This document shows positions 39,946 through 53,863 of a stretch of 64,000 bases of DNA, piece by piece. Source of the DNA: Octopus vulgaris (taxonomy: Eukaryota); the NCBI GenBank assembly GCA_951406725.2, contig OX597817.1:39184001-39248000 (forward strand). The letters are read 5' to 3'. The notes beneath the pieces are model-generated. The model was not told the DNA's origin, did no database searches, and saw nothing but the letters and a program-made list of their open reading frames with translations. Made by a program: the position numbers and the translations under genes. Position 1 is the stretch's first letter; each line of letters opens with the position of its first letter.

Positions 39946-40794
39946 ATTCACCTACAGTACACTATGCCTGAATAAAAAGAATGAGCAGTCATAGCATGGT
40001 ACTTTGGGCAAGTGTCTACTATAGCCTTAAGGTAATAAATGCTTTGTGATTGAATTGGATAGATGGAAACTGTGTGGAAGCCTCTTCTATATGTGCATGT
40101 ATCTGTCTTTCCTACTATTTGACAACCATAACAGGGTTAACCCCCTCCCCCCAGCTATTGTTGGAACTCATTTACAGCTGTGTGGACTGGAGCAACATGA
40201 ACTGAAATATTTTTGCTCAAGAACAGCACACTGCCTAGCCTGGGAATTGAAATCATGACCTTACAATTAGGAGTGCAACAACCAAATCACTAGGCTTTTT
40301 GCCTCCACATGGATTAAGTTTACTATTGAAGAATAGTAATTAACACTGTTGAGCTTCTACATAGTTTCCATCTGCTAAATTTTATTCACAGGGTTTTGGG
40401 TGATCTGAAGCTATAGTAGTATTTTCTTGGTTAAGGTGCTGCGTAGTGGAATCGAACCCCAAATCACAGTCATTAAGTGAACATCTTAATCACAAACCTG
40501 TGTTTTATTGCATCCGCATTACATTATGAAAGAGCGTTATATCTCGCTACTGATGAAGTATTGTGATGAAGTAAGGCAACACACATACAGAGTACTGGAT
40601 TAACCATTAAGCAAAATAAGTATGTGCTTAGGGCATCAAGAAAAGAGGGCACCACAGAAATGGTAAATGGTTTACAGCACAAAAGAAATCACTTTAAACT
40701 TTTTCACATAATATCTGAAGTTGTTTATATATTTGGAAATATGTTATTTTGAAGTGTTCACAGTGTCACAGTGAGGATCTGATCAGAGACTTTG

Positions 40795-40873
40795 AACTTA
40801 AAGTTATGGGGATGTAAACACACCAGCATCAGTTGTCAAGTGATGCTGGGGGGGACAAACACAGACACACAAG

Positions 40874-40916
<43 letters not shown>

Positions 40917-41070
40917 GACAGGCTTCTTTCAGTTTCCGTCTACCAAATCCACTCATAAGGCTTTGGTCGGCCCGAGGCTATAGTAGAAGACATTCGCCCA
41001 AGGTGTCACGCAATGGGACTGAACCCAGAACCATGTGGTTGGTAAGCAAACTACTTACCACAATGCCTAA
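40795..41070 (-). mobile_element. Partial OR2-like SINE
   Basis: Family similarity; internal (CA)n. Confidence 0.75.
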
Positions 41071-41842
41071 ATACATATACATGCATAATACCTTTCAAAA
41101 CGAGCCTTTATGCAGCTGCTTGCCTTGCCAGAAATAATACCTAATTTTTTTCTTCCCATCATACCCTGTTGTCTTAAAAGAAGGAAATATTTGAATTGTG
41201 TGGTTCTGACTATTTGAGAAAAACGAAATATAGATAGGATGCTCAAAGCTTGAATGCCTTTGATCTGAAGCCCACTCAGTCAAGACTGCAATTAAACAAT
41301 AACAATAACAACAATTTTCCTTATTTTATCAGAACACCTTGATGATGGAGTGTTGAACCAACTTGATATGAATCATTTAAACTTTCAGGTTAATTAACTT
41401 CCTCTTTTAATGGTGTTTTCTTTTGTTATGTGATATACTGAGTCTCAATTAGTCCAGTCTGATTAACATCAGGTACTCTTTTATTACATATATACAACAT
41501 ATATACATATTACATTTCCTTAGATAAAGTTTGAATGCATAACCTTTACACTGTAGTGTTGGAGGTAGAATAATTTTGTTTTTTTGCTCTTACAACTTTG
41601 CTACTGTGCTGCAAATATTCAACATTAGTTGATCAATTACATTAACAGAAGTTTTGTAATAATACAAGGTCTTATATAGCCCTTTTACATGGCTTGTATA
41701 AAACTCCTAAAATTAAGATTCTATTTTTAAGTAATCAGTAATATGTTCAGTACTACATGATATTTTTGAAATACACTGTCCTTGTTTCTATTAATTTTGA
41801 AATTATTTAGCTTTTAGCATTCATATTACTCTCTATCAAATG

Positions 41843-42134
41843 TTTGTTTGTTCCTTCTTGAGCCACGCCTGGCTCATAGGACTGGTTTCCTGGTTTCCTT
41901 GGCGTATAGGTTCCCTACCTTGATGAGACGCCGGTCCATCGCAGGTGAGCTGCAAGATACAGGAGGAAAGAGTGAGAGAAAGTTGTGGCAAAAGAGTCAG
42001 CAGAAATTTGCCATTACCTTCTGCTGGAGCTGTACAGAGCTTAGGTGTTTCGCTCATAAACACACACATCACCTGGTCTGAGATTTGAACCTGCGATCCC
42101 TCGATGCGAGTCCACTGCTCTAACCACTAGGCCA
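41843..42134 (-). mobile_element. tRNA-derived SINE with V-domain-like motif
   Basis: Head ggcctagtggttagagcag...ggttcaaatc; cctgcgatggaccggcgtc motif; (AAAC)n tail. Confidence 0.75.
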
Positions 42135-43857
42135 TTTTGAAGATATGATTATTTTTAGAATGATATTATAGGGTAGGTGTAAGGAGCTGGATTTGACCAG
42201 TTTGAACTTAAAGCAAGTAGAATATTTGGGCCTGATATGGCCTGTTTAAATATCAAAGGGTTAAGCTAGTGTAAATTACCATGAAATCTTGATGGAAGAT
42301 TTTAAGTGAAGCCACTTTACACAAGAAGTTTATACCATAGGACCAAAAGGAGTCTCAAGTGGGTTGGTACCAAAAGGGTTGAATAAAATCAAATGTTTAT
42401 CTCAAGCATACAGGTTCATTAGTCTGGAGCTTATCCAGATTTTCAAGGGGGTTAGGCTGAGAGTAGAAAAACCCTTTCTGAACAGAATGCCAGTCTATGA
42501 CAAGTTTAACTCCTTCTCGTATGTTACTGGTTCTCATTTTCAGCTAAGTGAACTGGAACAATATGAAATAAAGTGCCTTGATGAATAACACAATGCACCA
42601 TGTTGTCCAAGAATTGAACTCACAAACAGCTGTAAGCCCAACACCCTCACCACCAAACCACATATCTTCACAAATAAACTCACAGGCAATAATATATTGT
42701 CTGTCTTATGATATTTGTAATGAACTACAAAGCAACATAAGTGAAATTTAGAAAAATAATAGGCAGTGGATGTTATATTAATTGAAAACTCAACTTGTAA
42801 ACCCAGTTTTTACTAAGTTCATTACTAAAACGAGTTTATGCATCTCCAAAGTTACTTAACAGCTGTACAGTGTTTTGGTGGCAGAATGTTAAAAAGAGCC
42901 TGTCATGAACTTATTGGTTCTGAGTTCAAACTCATCCATTTCCATTGTAAGCTAGAGAAATGAATGGAGGTTCTTCCCAATGTTCCATCTAATTTCTCTG
43001 AGCCACTGAGCAGAAGTTTTGACTGTTTGCTCAATTTTATACTCTTTTACTTGTTCCAGTTGTTGGATGGTGGCCATGCTGGGGCACTACCTTGAAGGGT
43101 TTAATTGATCATGTTGACTACAGTACTTATTTTCTAAATAAGATATTTATTCTATCAGTGTCTTTTTACTGATTCACTAAGTTACAGGGATGTAAACAAA
43201 CTACATCAGTTCTCAAGTGCTGAGGGGACAACAGATACAAAGGCACACACATATATGCAATGAGTTTCCATAGTATAAAATTCATTCACAAAGCATTGGT
43301 CAGTTCAGAGCTGTAGTAAAAGACAATTTCCCAAGGTGCCTTGCAGCAGGACTGATCCTAAAACCATGCAGTTGCAAAGCAAACTCCTTAACCACACAGC
43401 CATGCCATGCCTGGTTTGAGCAAGAATATTTTACATTCAAAGCATTCAAACCTTCATGTACCTTATCAATTGTATCATTGTTTTAACATATCCAGTTCCA
43501 TTCTTGCTTGGGTTAGACAAGAGTACATAGGGGCAGTGCTTTCTATGGTTGGATACCCTTCATGACATCAGAACTCTGCATTTTTCCAAGTGAAGCATTA
43601 ATCTCCCAATGTATCAAAAATGAAACAGCCTGGATATGGTTACACAAAAACTGGAAACAAACTACACCTTACAAATGAGCCATTTGTTTACAAAGATCTT
43701 GCACCATGTCAAGACTTTCAAAAAAGACCAGACATACTTTTGCAGTGGACTGCAAGCAAACAAGACCATCCACAAGCCTTTCTTTACAATCAGTGAAAAC
43801 ATGCGAAGATGAGGGAAATAGACTCACACAAGAACACACATAAATTATAAAATAAAT

Positions 43858-44097
43858 GTGCCCTTTTAAAGCCTAGCCAGGCTCATGGACCCGGTTTCCC
43901 AGTTTCTATGGCGTATATTCCCCAGCTGGACGGGACGCCAGTCCATCGCACCGTTACTCATTTTTGCCAGCTGAGTGGACTGGAGCAACGTGAAATGAAG
44001 TGTTTTGCTCAAGAACACAACGTGTCACCCGGTCCAGGAATCGAAACCACAATTTTATGATCATGATGCTGACACCCTAACCACTAAGCCACGTGTC
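43858..44097 (-). mobile_element. tRNA-derived SINE with CORE-like and V-like domains
   Basis: Head gtggcttagtggttagggtg...gtttcgattcc; gcgatggactggcgtcccgtccag motif. Confidence 0.75.
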
Positions 44098-44329
44098 TCC
44101 ACACACACATATTACTTTTTTTTTTTCATCTTTTTACTTATTTCAGTCATTTGACTGCAACCATACTGGGGCACTGTTTTGAAGGGTTTAGTTGAATAAA
44201 TCAACTCCAGTACTTAGTATTGTACTTATTCTGTTGGTCTCTCTTGCCAAACCACTAGGTTACAGGGACATAAACAAACCAGCACCGGTTGTCAAGTGGT
44301 GGTCGACGATAAACACACACATACACATA

Positions 44330-44789
44330 TCTCTTATATAAAATCCGTTTCGTCTGTCTGCGTGTGTGTCCTCTCGGATCTCGGGCATCCTCCATCCAGC
44401 TGTGCTCAAATTTGATATGTAGATACCGACGGTATCAGGGCGTGTATAAGTCTTGAATAAATTACAAAAATCGATTCCAGGTGAGAATGCGATCGATAAA
44501 GCCGTGGGAACGTGCATTTGTACGCGCAAAGTACATCAGCTGTTGCAATGTACTTACTGGTACTTTAAACTCTTTGGTTGCATATTTGTGTGAATAAAAT
44601 TGTTTTTCTTTGGAATAGAAAAAAGTCTATCTTTATTTCTTCTTTTGCTGGTGTCTCAAATTTAGGTTAAATCAGTGTTTCTCAAAAGGGAGGCCTATGG
44701 AATGGTCAGACAAGTTGTTTTGAGAAAATTTGGTTTAAATGTTTGACAACTCAGCACCGTCAATTGGATGGGGGGGGGAGTTTTGCTCG
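44330..44789 (+). mobile_element. Non-autonomous Helitron-like element inserted in a SINE
   Basis: A|TCtcttatataaaa 5' end, (tctg)-type microsatellite, ttttgCTCG 3' end; inverted copy at 58162-58691; host SINE halves on both sides. Confidence 0.65.
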
Positions 44790-45234
44790 AATTCATATAT
44801 ACACAATAGACTTCTTTAGTTTCTGTTTACCAAACCCACTCACAGGCTTTGGCTGGTGCTATAGTAGTAGCTGGTGCTATGCAGTGGATTGAACCTGGAA
44901 ACAGGTGGCTGGACAACAAATATCTTACCACATAGCCATCCCTGTGCCTGTATATATATACATTTAAAAATTAGAATGATTGGTAACATTTCGAAGTGGA
45001 TGGTACCAATGCAGTGGCTGCTCAGTTGAGCATCCATGTGGCTTAAAGGAAGCATTGATTTTGCTCATATGTCGACAAGAATGGGACTTAACCATTTTGT
45101 TTATTGAGTGCGTGTCTGATACATGCACATCATATCTCTTTGCCACTCCTTTCAGTTCTCTGTTTATCTAAATATAAAGACACAATTTACTCTTTCTTTA
45201 CCATAATTTTCTCCCTACTGACTCCCACCATGAT

Positions 45235-45318
45235 GTGTGTTTGTGTGCGCGCACAGATACACACACACACAGAGAAGTATACCTATATATATATACACAC
45301 ACACACACAGAAGTATAC

Positions 45319-45352
<34 letters not shown>

Positions 45353-45488
45353 TAATATATATGCATGAATATGCATATACACATGTATATGTAAATGCAC
45401 ATGTATATATGCACATATAGGTATACATGTATTTGTATATATGGGCATATGCATGTATGCTTATACACACGTACAAATATATGCATGC

Positions 45489-45521
<33 letters not shown>

Positions 45522-45600
45522 CATACACACACACGTGTATGTACACTGTATGTTTCTATGTTCATATATGCATATATAGATATATGTATATAAATATGTA
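45235..45600. repeat. Compound (TA)/(CA)/(TG) low-complexity repeat
   Basis: Directly visible. Confidence 0.9.
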
Positions 45601-46369
45601 GGTATTTGTTTACATAATCTGCCCTCTGTTCATCCAAATAGGTGAGGCTAAAATACAACTGTATTATTCACTTTCTCTAGTTTTCCATTATATTATAATA
45701 ACACTATACAGGATATTATGCTCAAGGTTTACACAAAACATCTTATTTATACTATAGAACTTGCACTGAATACTCCATAGATAGATATTTAGATGTCTAT
45801 ATATTCCAGATGTCTGATACGCTGGCAGAGAAAAGCATTTTCATAAAAGGTTTTATTTTTGGGAGTGTTAACATCCAATTGTGTGAAGATCTTTGAAACA
45901 TTGCTTCTAATTAGCCACATATGCAGTGGAGCAAAAAGGAAGTGCTTGTGAAAACATCCACATACTGACTACGTTTTATGAAAAGCTTATTTTAGTTTAC
46001 TTTTTTAATGGTTAACCCTTTGCCTATCCAAAGCATTTTCCTAAGTTTGTCCTTAATGTCCAAACTGGATTTCAGACTTTTAGTTAACCTTTGCTTCATA
46101 CATTCTGAGTAAATATAAAGCTTTATTGTCATAAGTTTCACTTTAGTGGTTGAACAAACATGGGTACAAGTATCATATTCATATATATATATATACCCAA
46201 CATGGATGCCAGAGAAATATGTTTGTTGTATCTGGTGAAGGGTTAAGTTGTATAACCCACACATGGCAATATGCTTAGAATGATGACTGGTCAATTGCAT
46301 TTTGGGCAACTCTGTTCTTGCCAAATATTTCCTCATTATTGGCATCCATAGCTATCTGCATGGATGTGT

Positions 46370-46785
46370 GTAGGAGTGGCTGTGTGGTAAGTAGCTTGCT
46401 TACCAACCACATGGTTTTGGGTTCAGTCCCACTGCGTGGCATCTTGGGCAAGTGTCTTCTACTATAGCCTCGAGCCAACCAAAGCCTTGTGAGTGGATTT
46501 GGTAGACGGAAACTGAAAGAAGCCTGCCGTATATATGTACATATATATGTGTATGTATATGTATGTGTATATGTTTGTGTGTCTGTGTTTGTCCCCTCAA
46601 CATCGCTTGACAACTGATGCTGGTGTGTTTACATCCCCATAACTTAGTGGTTCGGCAAAACAGACTGATAGGATACGTACTAGGCTTACAAAGAATAAGT
46701 CCTTGGGTCAATTTGCTCGACTAAAGGCAGTGCCCCAGCATGGCCACAGTCAAATGACTGAAATAAGTAAAAGAGTAAAAGAAAA
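46370..46785 (+). mobile_element. OR2-like SINE, full length
   Basis: Same family as 9800. Confidence 0.87.
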
Positions 46786-47533
46786 AGATGAATGTTTTTT
46801 TTTTTTTCGTTTTCTGTCTTAAGTATGACTGTCTGTTAAACTTCTTGTATGAATTTTAATTTGTACAAAGTATTCTACCATGCAATAACAATTGAAGAAG
46901 GCACTTATTGATATCCTTTCTTGGTCATCAATTTTTTTATAAGTATATCATTTCAGTCACAACTGAGACACCCCTTATTTGCCTACAATAACTCTAACCG
47001 ATAGTTTTATCTAATAGATAAGAGGCTTAGCAAATATATATATTAAAAAATATAACAGTGTATAGAATATTTCTGTACACAAAGAGGAGACCTTTAACAG
47101 GACTCCTTGCATGCTAAAAAGGCCAGTTAAAACCTAAACCATGAAAAAATTCATGAGGCACACTGATTTATAACACAAGAACGAACAAAAAAAATGAATT
47201 AGTTAATCCCAGATTTGAGTTTCACCATTAATTGCCAAATGAACTAATTTGGGATCTGTGGCTCATCAGCAAGATTGCTAATTAATTAATAATTATGTAG
47301 TTGTAAATATGTACTGAAAACATGTGCACAAGACATAGATTTTTATCCATTATGGATTTGAACTTTGTGCGTGAGCGTAAATATATAATCCAGCAGTAAA
47401 TAAATAAATCTAAAACTGTGTTCTATACAGCCTCTGAATTATAAATATTACTTTCATAAATATGAGGGTAATAAATTAAAATAATTTATTATAATAGTTA
47501 TATATAAAATAAGCAACAGGATGTGCAGAGGTG

Positions 47534-47621
47534 ATGCAGTACGACTGTTTCAAGCAGCTCCATTTAATTGAACAATGCAATCATTACATCAATTTAAATG
47601 CAGAGCGATCCTCAGCTGCAT
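47534..47621 (-). ncRNA. Type I hammerhead ribozyme motif (left arm of palindrome)
   Basis: Minus strand: atgcag CTGAGGA ... GAAA cagtcg TA ctgcat. Confidence 0.62.
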
Positions 47622-47726
47622 AAATAATCAGTCAGACACATTTGTATAATTTTACTTAAATCCTCTAATAGGAAATGTAAAATTATACTAATGTGTCCGC
47701 CTGATTAAAAAAAATTCTATTTATTT

Positions 47727-47814
47727 ATGCAGCTGAGGATAGCCCTGCATTTAAATTGATGTAATGATCGCTTTGTTCAATTAAATGGAGCTGCTTGAAA
47801 CGGTCGTACTGCAT
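47727..47814 (+). ncRNA. Type I hammerhead ribozyme motif (right arm of palindrome)
   Basis: atgcag CTGAGGA [long hairpin] GAAA cggtcg TA ctgcat. 6-bp stem I, GUA site, predicted cut after 47808; the base of stem II is irregular. Confidence 0.68.
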
Positions 47815-47928
47815 CACCTCTGGACTATCCTGTTACTTATTTTCATTTTATTTACCTTATTTTGAAGTTGCATGGATAATACCGCACTAAATTTTGGTGC
47901 TTCAACTCAAGTACCTAATTCATTTGAA

Positions 47929-47998
<70 letters not shown>

Positions 47999-48796
47999 CA
48001 TCATTATTTAATGTTCACTTTCCATGCTGGCATTGGCTGGATGGTTTGAGAGGGGACTAGCAAACAGTAGGGCTGCATTGAGTTCCAATGTAACCTTTGG
48101 CAAGGTTTCTATGACTGGATGCCCTTTCTAATGCCAACCGTTTTACAGAGTGTACTGAATGCTTTTTTCATGCTACTGGCACTACTGACAAACTGAATCT
48201 GTGAAACTGATTCAATTCTTGGTTTTAGATATTTAGCCAACCCTGCCAAGGCTCTTGAGAAAAAAACCTTCAAGCAGTCATTAAGGTTAACCATCCATTG
48301 AGGCAGTATCTAATCAAGAAAGTGCAGCATTTGATTCTATTCACACATTAATGAATTGGATAAATAAGGCAGTATTGTGTCAAGAGCCTTTTGTGGTTCA
48401 CATAACTGAAACAAAAGAACAACAGTAGTACAAATAAGGCAATCGTTATTCTTTTCTCTTTTTCTAAATGTTTGCATTGATTAGTCGTCTGATTTGGCAA
48501 CATCACTTGGTAACCAATTACAGTGTGGTATGTATTTGTGTGTGAGAAAATCTGATACTTTGTTAGCCTCAGGCTTCAAAGTATTGTGAGTGTCAATAGT
48601 TAATGATATTGAGTAGATGATGAGCAGCTAATTAAAGTTAGCTTGATTATCTTTAGGTCAGCTCTGATTGAACAGATCTATGATCAAAGCTACTGAGAGA
48701 AATTTTACACAGCAGAACAAAACAGCTTTTGGGGAGTTTTCCTTATTCTATCTTAAAATTCAAGGAAGCCTTGACAGGCTTTTTTTAAAAATATAT

Positions 48797-49223
48797 ACTC
48801 TCTTTTTTACTCTTTTTCTTGTTTCAGTCATTTGACTGTGGCCATGCTGGAGCACCGCCTTTAGTCGAGCAAATCGACCCTAGGACTTGTTCTTTGTAAG
48901 CCTAGTACTTATTTTACTGGTCTCTTTTGCCGAACCGCTAAGTTACGTGGATGTAAACACACCAGTATCAGTTGTCAAGCGATGTTGTGGGGACAAACAC
49001 AGACACACAAACATACATATACACACATACACATATATATATATATATATACATATATACGATGGGCTTCTTTCAGTTTCCATCTACCAAATCCACTCAC
49101 AAGGCTTTGGTCGGCCCGAGGCTATAGTAGAAGACACTTGCCCAAGGTGACACACAGTGGGATTGAACCCGGAACCATGTGGTTTGTAAGCAAGCTACTT
49201 ACCACAAAGCCACTCCTACGCCT
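48797..49223 (-). mobile_element. OR2-like SINE, full length
   Basis: Reverse complement of the 9800 family. Confidence 0.87.
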
Positions 49224-49741
49224 AAATGGGAATTATTAGATATTTATTGGTCCCTGTCTGTCTTCATGATGTGCTGGGTAAACTCCATTCTATAGGCTCT
49301 GCTTATCATTAAAGGGTATTGCAGCTACAACAATCTTATTTTTTTAGGACAAAATTATTTAATGTCTCATTTCCCTGTTTAAGATGGCCAATTGTGATTT
49401 GAGGAAGATTTAGCTGCTATTTGTAGCAGGTTCAGTGACCCTAGAGCAGCTCCCTTGTTTACTGAAATGGCAGAACACTTTAACATTTTCATTCCAATCA
49501 CCTTACATTTTGATTTTAAACTGCACTTGAGTAGACTGTATTTTTCATTCTTTGAAATATGGTAAAATAAGTAACTGTAGCAGACTAGAACCAATTGATT
49601 TAGCTTTATTCCAGTTGCATTGCTAAATTTCATATTCTGCATTGCCAAACTAATGTAAACTTCTATCAAGTAAATTATTTTTAATGGTGGAACTTGAAGT
49701 AATTAAAGCTATAAATAATAGCATGTAGGCCATTGAGTTAC

Positions 49742-49823
49742 AAAGGCTCTTGCATGGAACTCTCCCACCCTGAAGGCTGTCCATGGGGTATGAGCCCATA
49801 TCCATTGTAAACATGACAGACGT
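49742..49823 (+). repeat. 82-bp dispersed repeat, copy 1 (copy 2 at 55490-55571)
   Basis: 76/82 identical by manual alignment. Confidence 0.9.
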
Positions 49824-50603
49824 TCTTTTCCCTTTGACTTTTTCCATCGAAGAGTTTTTTATAACCCAATTTTCTACAAATAAATTTTCTATTTACAGCT
49901 TTATCTGCTTTGAGCTCCACCTTTAAAAATATTTTACTTCCTAGCTCTTGAAGTTTCAAAATTCTAATAGTATAAGCATCTTTCACTGTACAGATATAAT
50001 TTATCTTTTGCTCAACACACACACACTGAAGGGTACGCAAACTTTATATAAAGAATTACATACACTGGATGTGGAAAATACTTCGTAGAATTACTTCCAA
50101 GAACACATGACAGTTGCTGCCTTGCTAAGCACGTAGTACATGACTTCATTTGTATTTCTTCTGACTTGAAGTGTCATGTGACACTCTCTAGAGTGAGGCT
50201 TAAAGCAGTTTTAGATTTTTTTTTTGCTTCACAAATAAATGCTTTGGGGTACATTTCTTCTGGTTCTTTATGTTCTGTGTTCAAATTAAGATCAAGGTTA
50301 ACTTTGCCTTTCATCATTTTGGAGTTGATAAAGTTAAGTACCTGTCTGGCACTGGAGTTAATATAATCAGATTGTCTCTCCTCTCAAAATCACAAGCCTT
50401 GTGGCAAGATTAGGAAGAAAAAAGTTATTTGTGGTAATACAGCAAGTATTGTAGGTTGCTTCCGTTAATACAAAGCGTATGTATTCCTTTTTAGAGTTTT
50501 TCTTTTTTCTTTTAATATTTTGGCATTATTACTTCCTTCTCTCTTAGATTTTTGCAGTAATTAAGTGAAATAAGAAACTGTTAAGTGTCTTTCACTTTGA
50601 ATT

Positions 50604-50770
50604 AAAAATTAAGCCAAGACAGCGTTGTCTCTCCTAAACAGAATGATGTTAAAAACAGTCTCACTTTTGAACACAAAATATAATTGAGAAATGAACTAAA
50701 AATTAAGCCAAGACAAAATGATATTAAAAACAGTCTCACTTTTGGACACAAAATATAATTGAGAAATGAA
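50604..50770. repeat. Short tandem duplication (two copies, the second with a deletion)
   Basis: aaaaattaagccaagaca...aaaacagtctcactttt.acacaaaatataattgagaaatgaa occurs twice. Confidence 0.85.
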
Positions 50771-53700
50771 TAAATATTCGAAAGGCATGAAGTTTTGAAA
50801 TTGCTTTGTCTCTAAATATTAGCATTTTATCATCTGAGAGCAATTTTATGAGACAGGTTGTAATGTTTATAATGAATGTGAAGCATGCAAGCATGTCTTG
50901 TAACATGCTAATATTAATAATGTATTCGCACAATAAAGTGTTTAGCTAAGTACAACCTTTACCAAAATCCTTTCCCTCTAGAAGCCTTATTCAGTTTGTT
51001 TAAATCATTTGGAAGCTTTGAGTCAGTGAGTGAAGAGGATATAACTATAAATAATAGCATGTAATATATCTGGTTAAAAAAACTTTTGGAAAAAAAAAAA
51101 GGTTGAGGGTAATTTAAAATGATTTATTTCCTTATTTGAATAATAAAATTTTCTTCATTCAGATAGGTAATTATGTTAAACAGTACCGGTCATGTGACAA
51201 GAGTCACAGCACCTGATATAAATGGGCATGTATATTATGCAACATTCACATGAATGTCATGTCTTTCATCTTTTACCTACCTTCTTTCATAATGGTTACT
51301 GATTTGGCACATAGCCAGCTATTTTGAGGGGAGGGGATTAATCAATACAATTGAATCCAATACTTGACAAGTACTTTTATTGATGGCGAAAGGATGAAAG
51401 GGCAAAGCTGACCATGGCAGGATTTGAATTCAGATCATAAAGAATCAACACTAATGATTCAGCCAGCTCACCAAATGCATTCACATTAAGGACTGTATTT
51501 GCTTGCTAGTAAATCTTCACTTACTCTTGTAGATCTAAGTCAATTATTTTCTTAGTTCAAGCGATTCCTGGTCACGTTTACTCTTTTTAGAAATTCTGTT
51601 ATCATCATTGATGAATATAACCATTGTTTAATTCATTCTATAAACTTGATTCATATTTAAAACTCAACAGGGATTTATATTATAAAGATAAATTAGCTAA
51701 GAAGTAATGGAAGCACCACTAGATAACAGCGTCTAAAAATAAAAATGACAAGGAAGAGCCTTATTGGTTGGCCGTTGTGAGCAGATAACAAATTAAAGGA
51801 ACTACTCTAAAAAGAATATCTTTTCAAAGAGATCCTGGAAGATCTTATTACTTTAAAGTTAACGATGCTGACATCATTTGTCTGATTAATTCTTTTTGCA
51901 TAGCTTATTTCATCTAAAGTCTTAAAGAGTAGTTCTGCTTTGTACAATTCCTAGAGCAGTTAGAAAACTTTTACACTTCCACAGATATAAAATGAACTCT
52001 TCTATCACTGGATAGTACGAGGTGTTCGAATTAGAAAGACTAGCCATTTGTGCCATCGAGTTTGAAGACGCAGGAAACAAAAGGGTAACACATGCATTCA
52101 TCAGTTGCTACCAAAAGATACTTTTTTCGAGATATTCTCTGTTTTGGTCCCACAATACCCAAGCAATTCTATAGCTTAAGTATTCTTTATAAGAAATTGA
52201 TTAGTATGATGGTAATATAAAAGTTTTTCTTCAGAGAATATTCAGTGGGTAAACAGATTTTACGGACATTCATTTGTGGAAAATGGAATTTTTTTTGTTT
52301 TTGATTTTACAGAAAGCAACCAACAATAGTCTTTTCACACCTGGGTAAGATAATTTACAGTGAATTTTGTTATCAAAGAAATCATTACATCTAGGAAAAA
52401 TACAACATTTAACAGTGATTTAAAGAATTGAAACATGGCCTAACATCACGTACATTATTATCACACTTTAATACCAAACAGAAAACTTCTATTTATACTA
52501 ACACCAGTTCTGTTGGATTCACCGCCACAATTGTATAAGATGACTCCAAGCTAGAATGTCGTTATTTCCAACGTCTCTTAAGCATTTTAAAAAATCGAAC
52601 AATAGTATCATCAAACTGGAAAGAAAGTCATGGTGGTGGGTGTTAATATGGGAAAAATTTCACTCGTTTCCAAATGGAATGCTATTCAACATTAGAGACT
52701 CTCAACAACTGTTAACATTTAGTGATAAGGAAACACCTAGTCATAAGAAGCCCTGAACCCCCAGAAGCCTCAGGCAACTGAATATTCAAGATTCCTTCAT
52801 CGAATTCGTAAACCCGTTAAATAACATTGATCATTTGTGCACTGGGTTGAGTCATGTGATATGGGTATAGTGAGTATGTAATGACGTATATTACTCTACT
52901 ATACAAATGTTATGGTGAGCTACAAAATGGAACCAATAAAAGTGAGAAAGAGAGATGAGTGATAAGCGAGGAAAAGGGGAAGACGAGGCGAAGTAGACAC
53001 ATAGAGGGAACTGCAGGTGATGAAGGGGGCAAATTGAGAGTAAAGTGATGGTTTTAGCAGATGCTGTGTGAAATGAAATACGAACGATATGCAGACGAGA
53101 AACAAGTGCATAAAGAGTAGAAAAGAAATGCTATAATTTAAAATATGACGAAAAATTCAAAAGAGAACGACTATATCATTGAATAGGGGAATCACTTTTA
53201 ATGAGATGATGGAGAGAGGAGACGTCACCACCATCCCTAGTTATTGATGTGATCGATACCCGTCCACAAAATTTGCTAGTCAATGGCAGTAGAAAAGAAT
53301 AATCGTCTGCGAGAAGGGAATTAGATGTCGTGTTCAAATCCTTGCAACAGACGGAATTCCGCTAAAACCAGCTAAAGACCAAATTGTGCAAAGTCTCATT
53401 GCTTAGTCCCCGAATTTGTCCTGATAAAACAGATCTATGATCAAAGGTATTCAAACCAAGACCACCATGTCTGTTTTTTATCAGAAATAGTGCTTTTAAG
53501 GCTACATTATTCAGAGCGTCTTTTTTTAAGACGGTAGGGTGTAGCTTAAGGGAGATCTAGTTGCTATTTTTTGCAGGTTGATCGGCCATATTGGCTCGAG
53601 CGTAGCGATTATTGTTATTGTTATTATAGTTGTTTATCCTCTTGTCAGTGCTGATCGAGCAGATGATCAAAACGATTCCCCCCATTGACCACCCCTCTTT

Positions 53701-53863
53701 TTTTTATATCGATATTAGCGGTTCAGCAAAAGAAACCTTTAAAAATAAGTAGTGAGGTAAATTTGTTCGACTTAACCCTTCAAGATGGTGCCCCAGCATG
53801 GCCGCTGTCCAATTACTGAAACAAGTAAAAGATAAAGGATCTAAGATTACATTATCCTAGGAA

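Larger units (their letters stand above)
47506..47843. repeat. About 340-bp imperfect palindrome
   Basis: The left arm aaaataagcaacagg...gcataaataa is the reverse complement of the right arm; the inner arms also pair. Confidence 0.92.

Noticed and set aside
52313-52344. Possible 32-nt micro-exon (ttttacAG...GTaaga)
   Set aside because: No partner exons or recognisable peptide; such sites arise by chance in AT-rich DNA.
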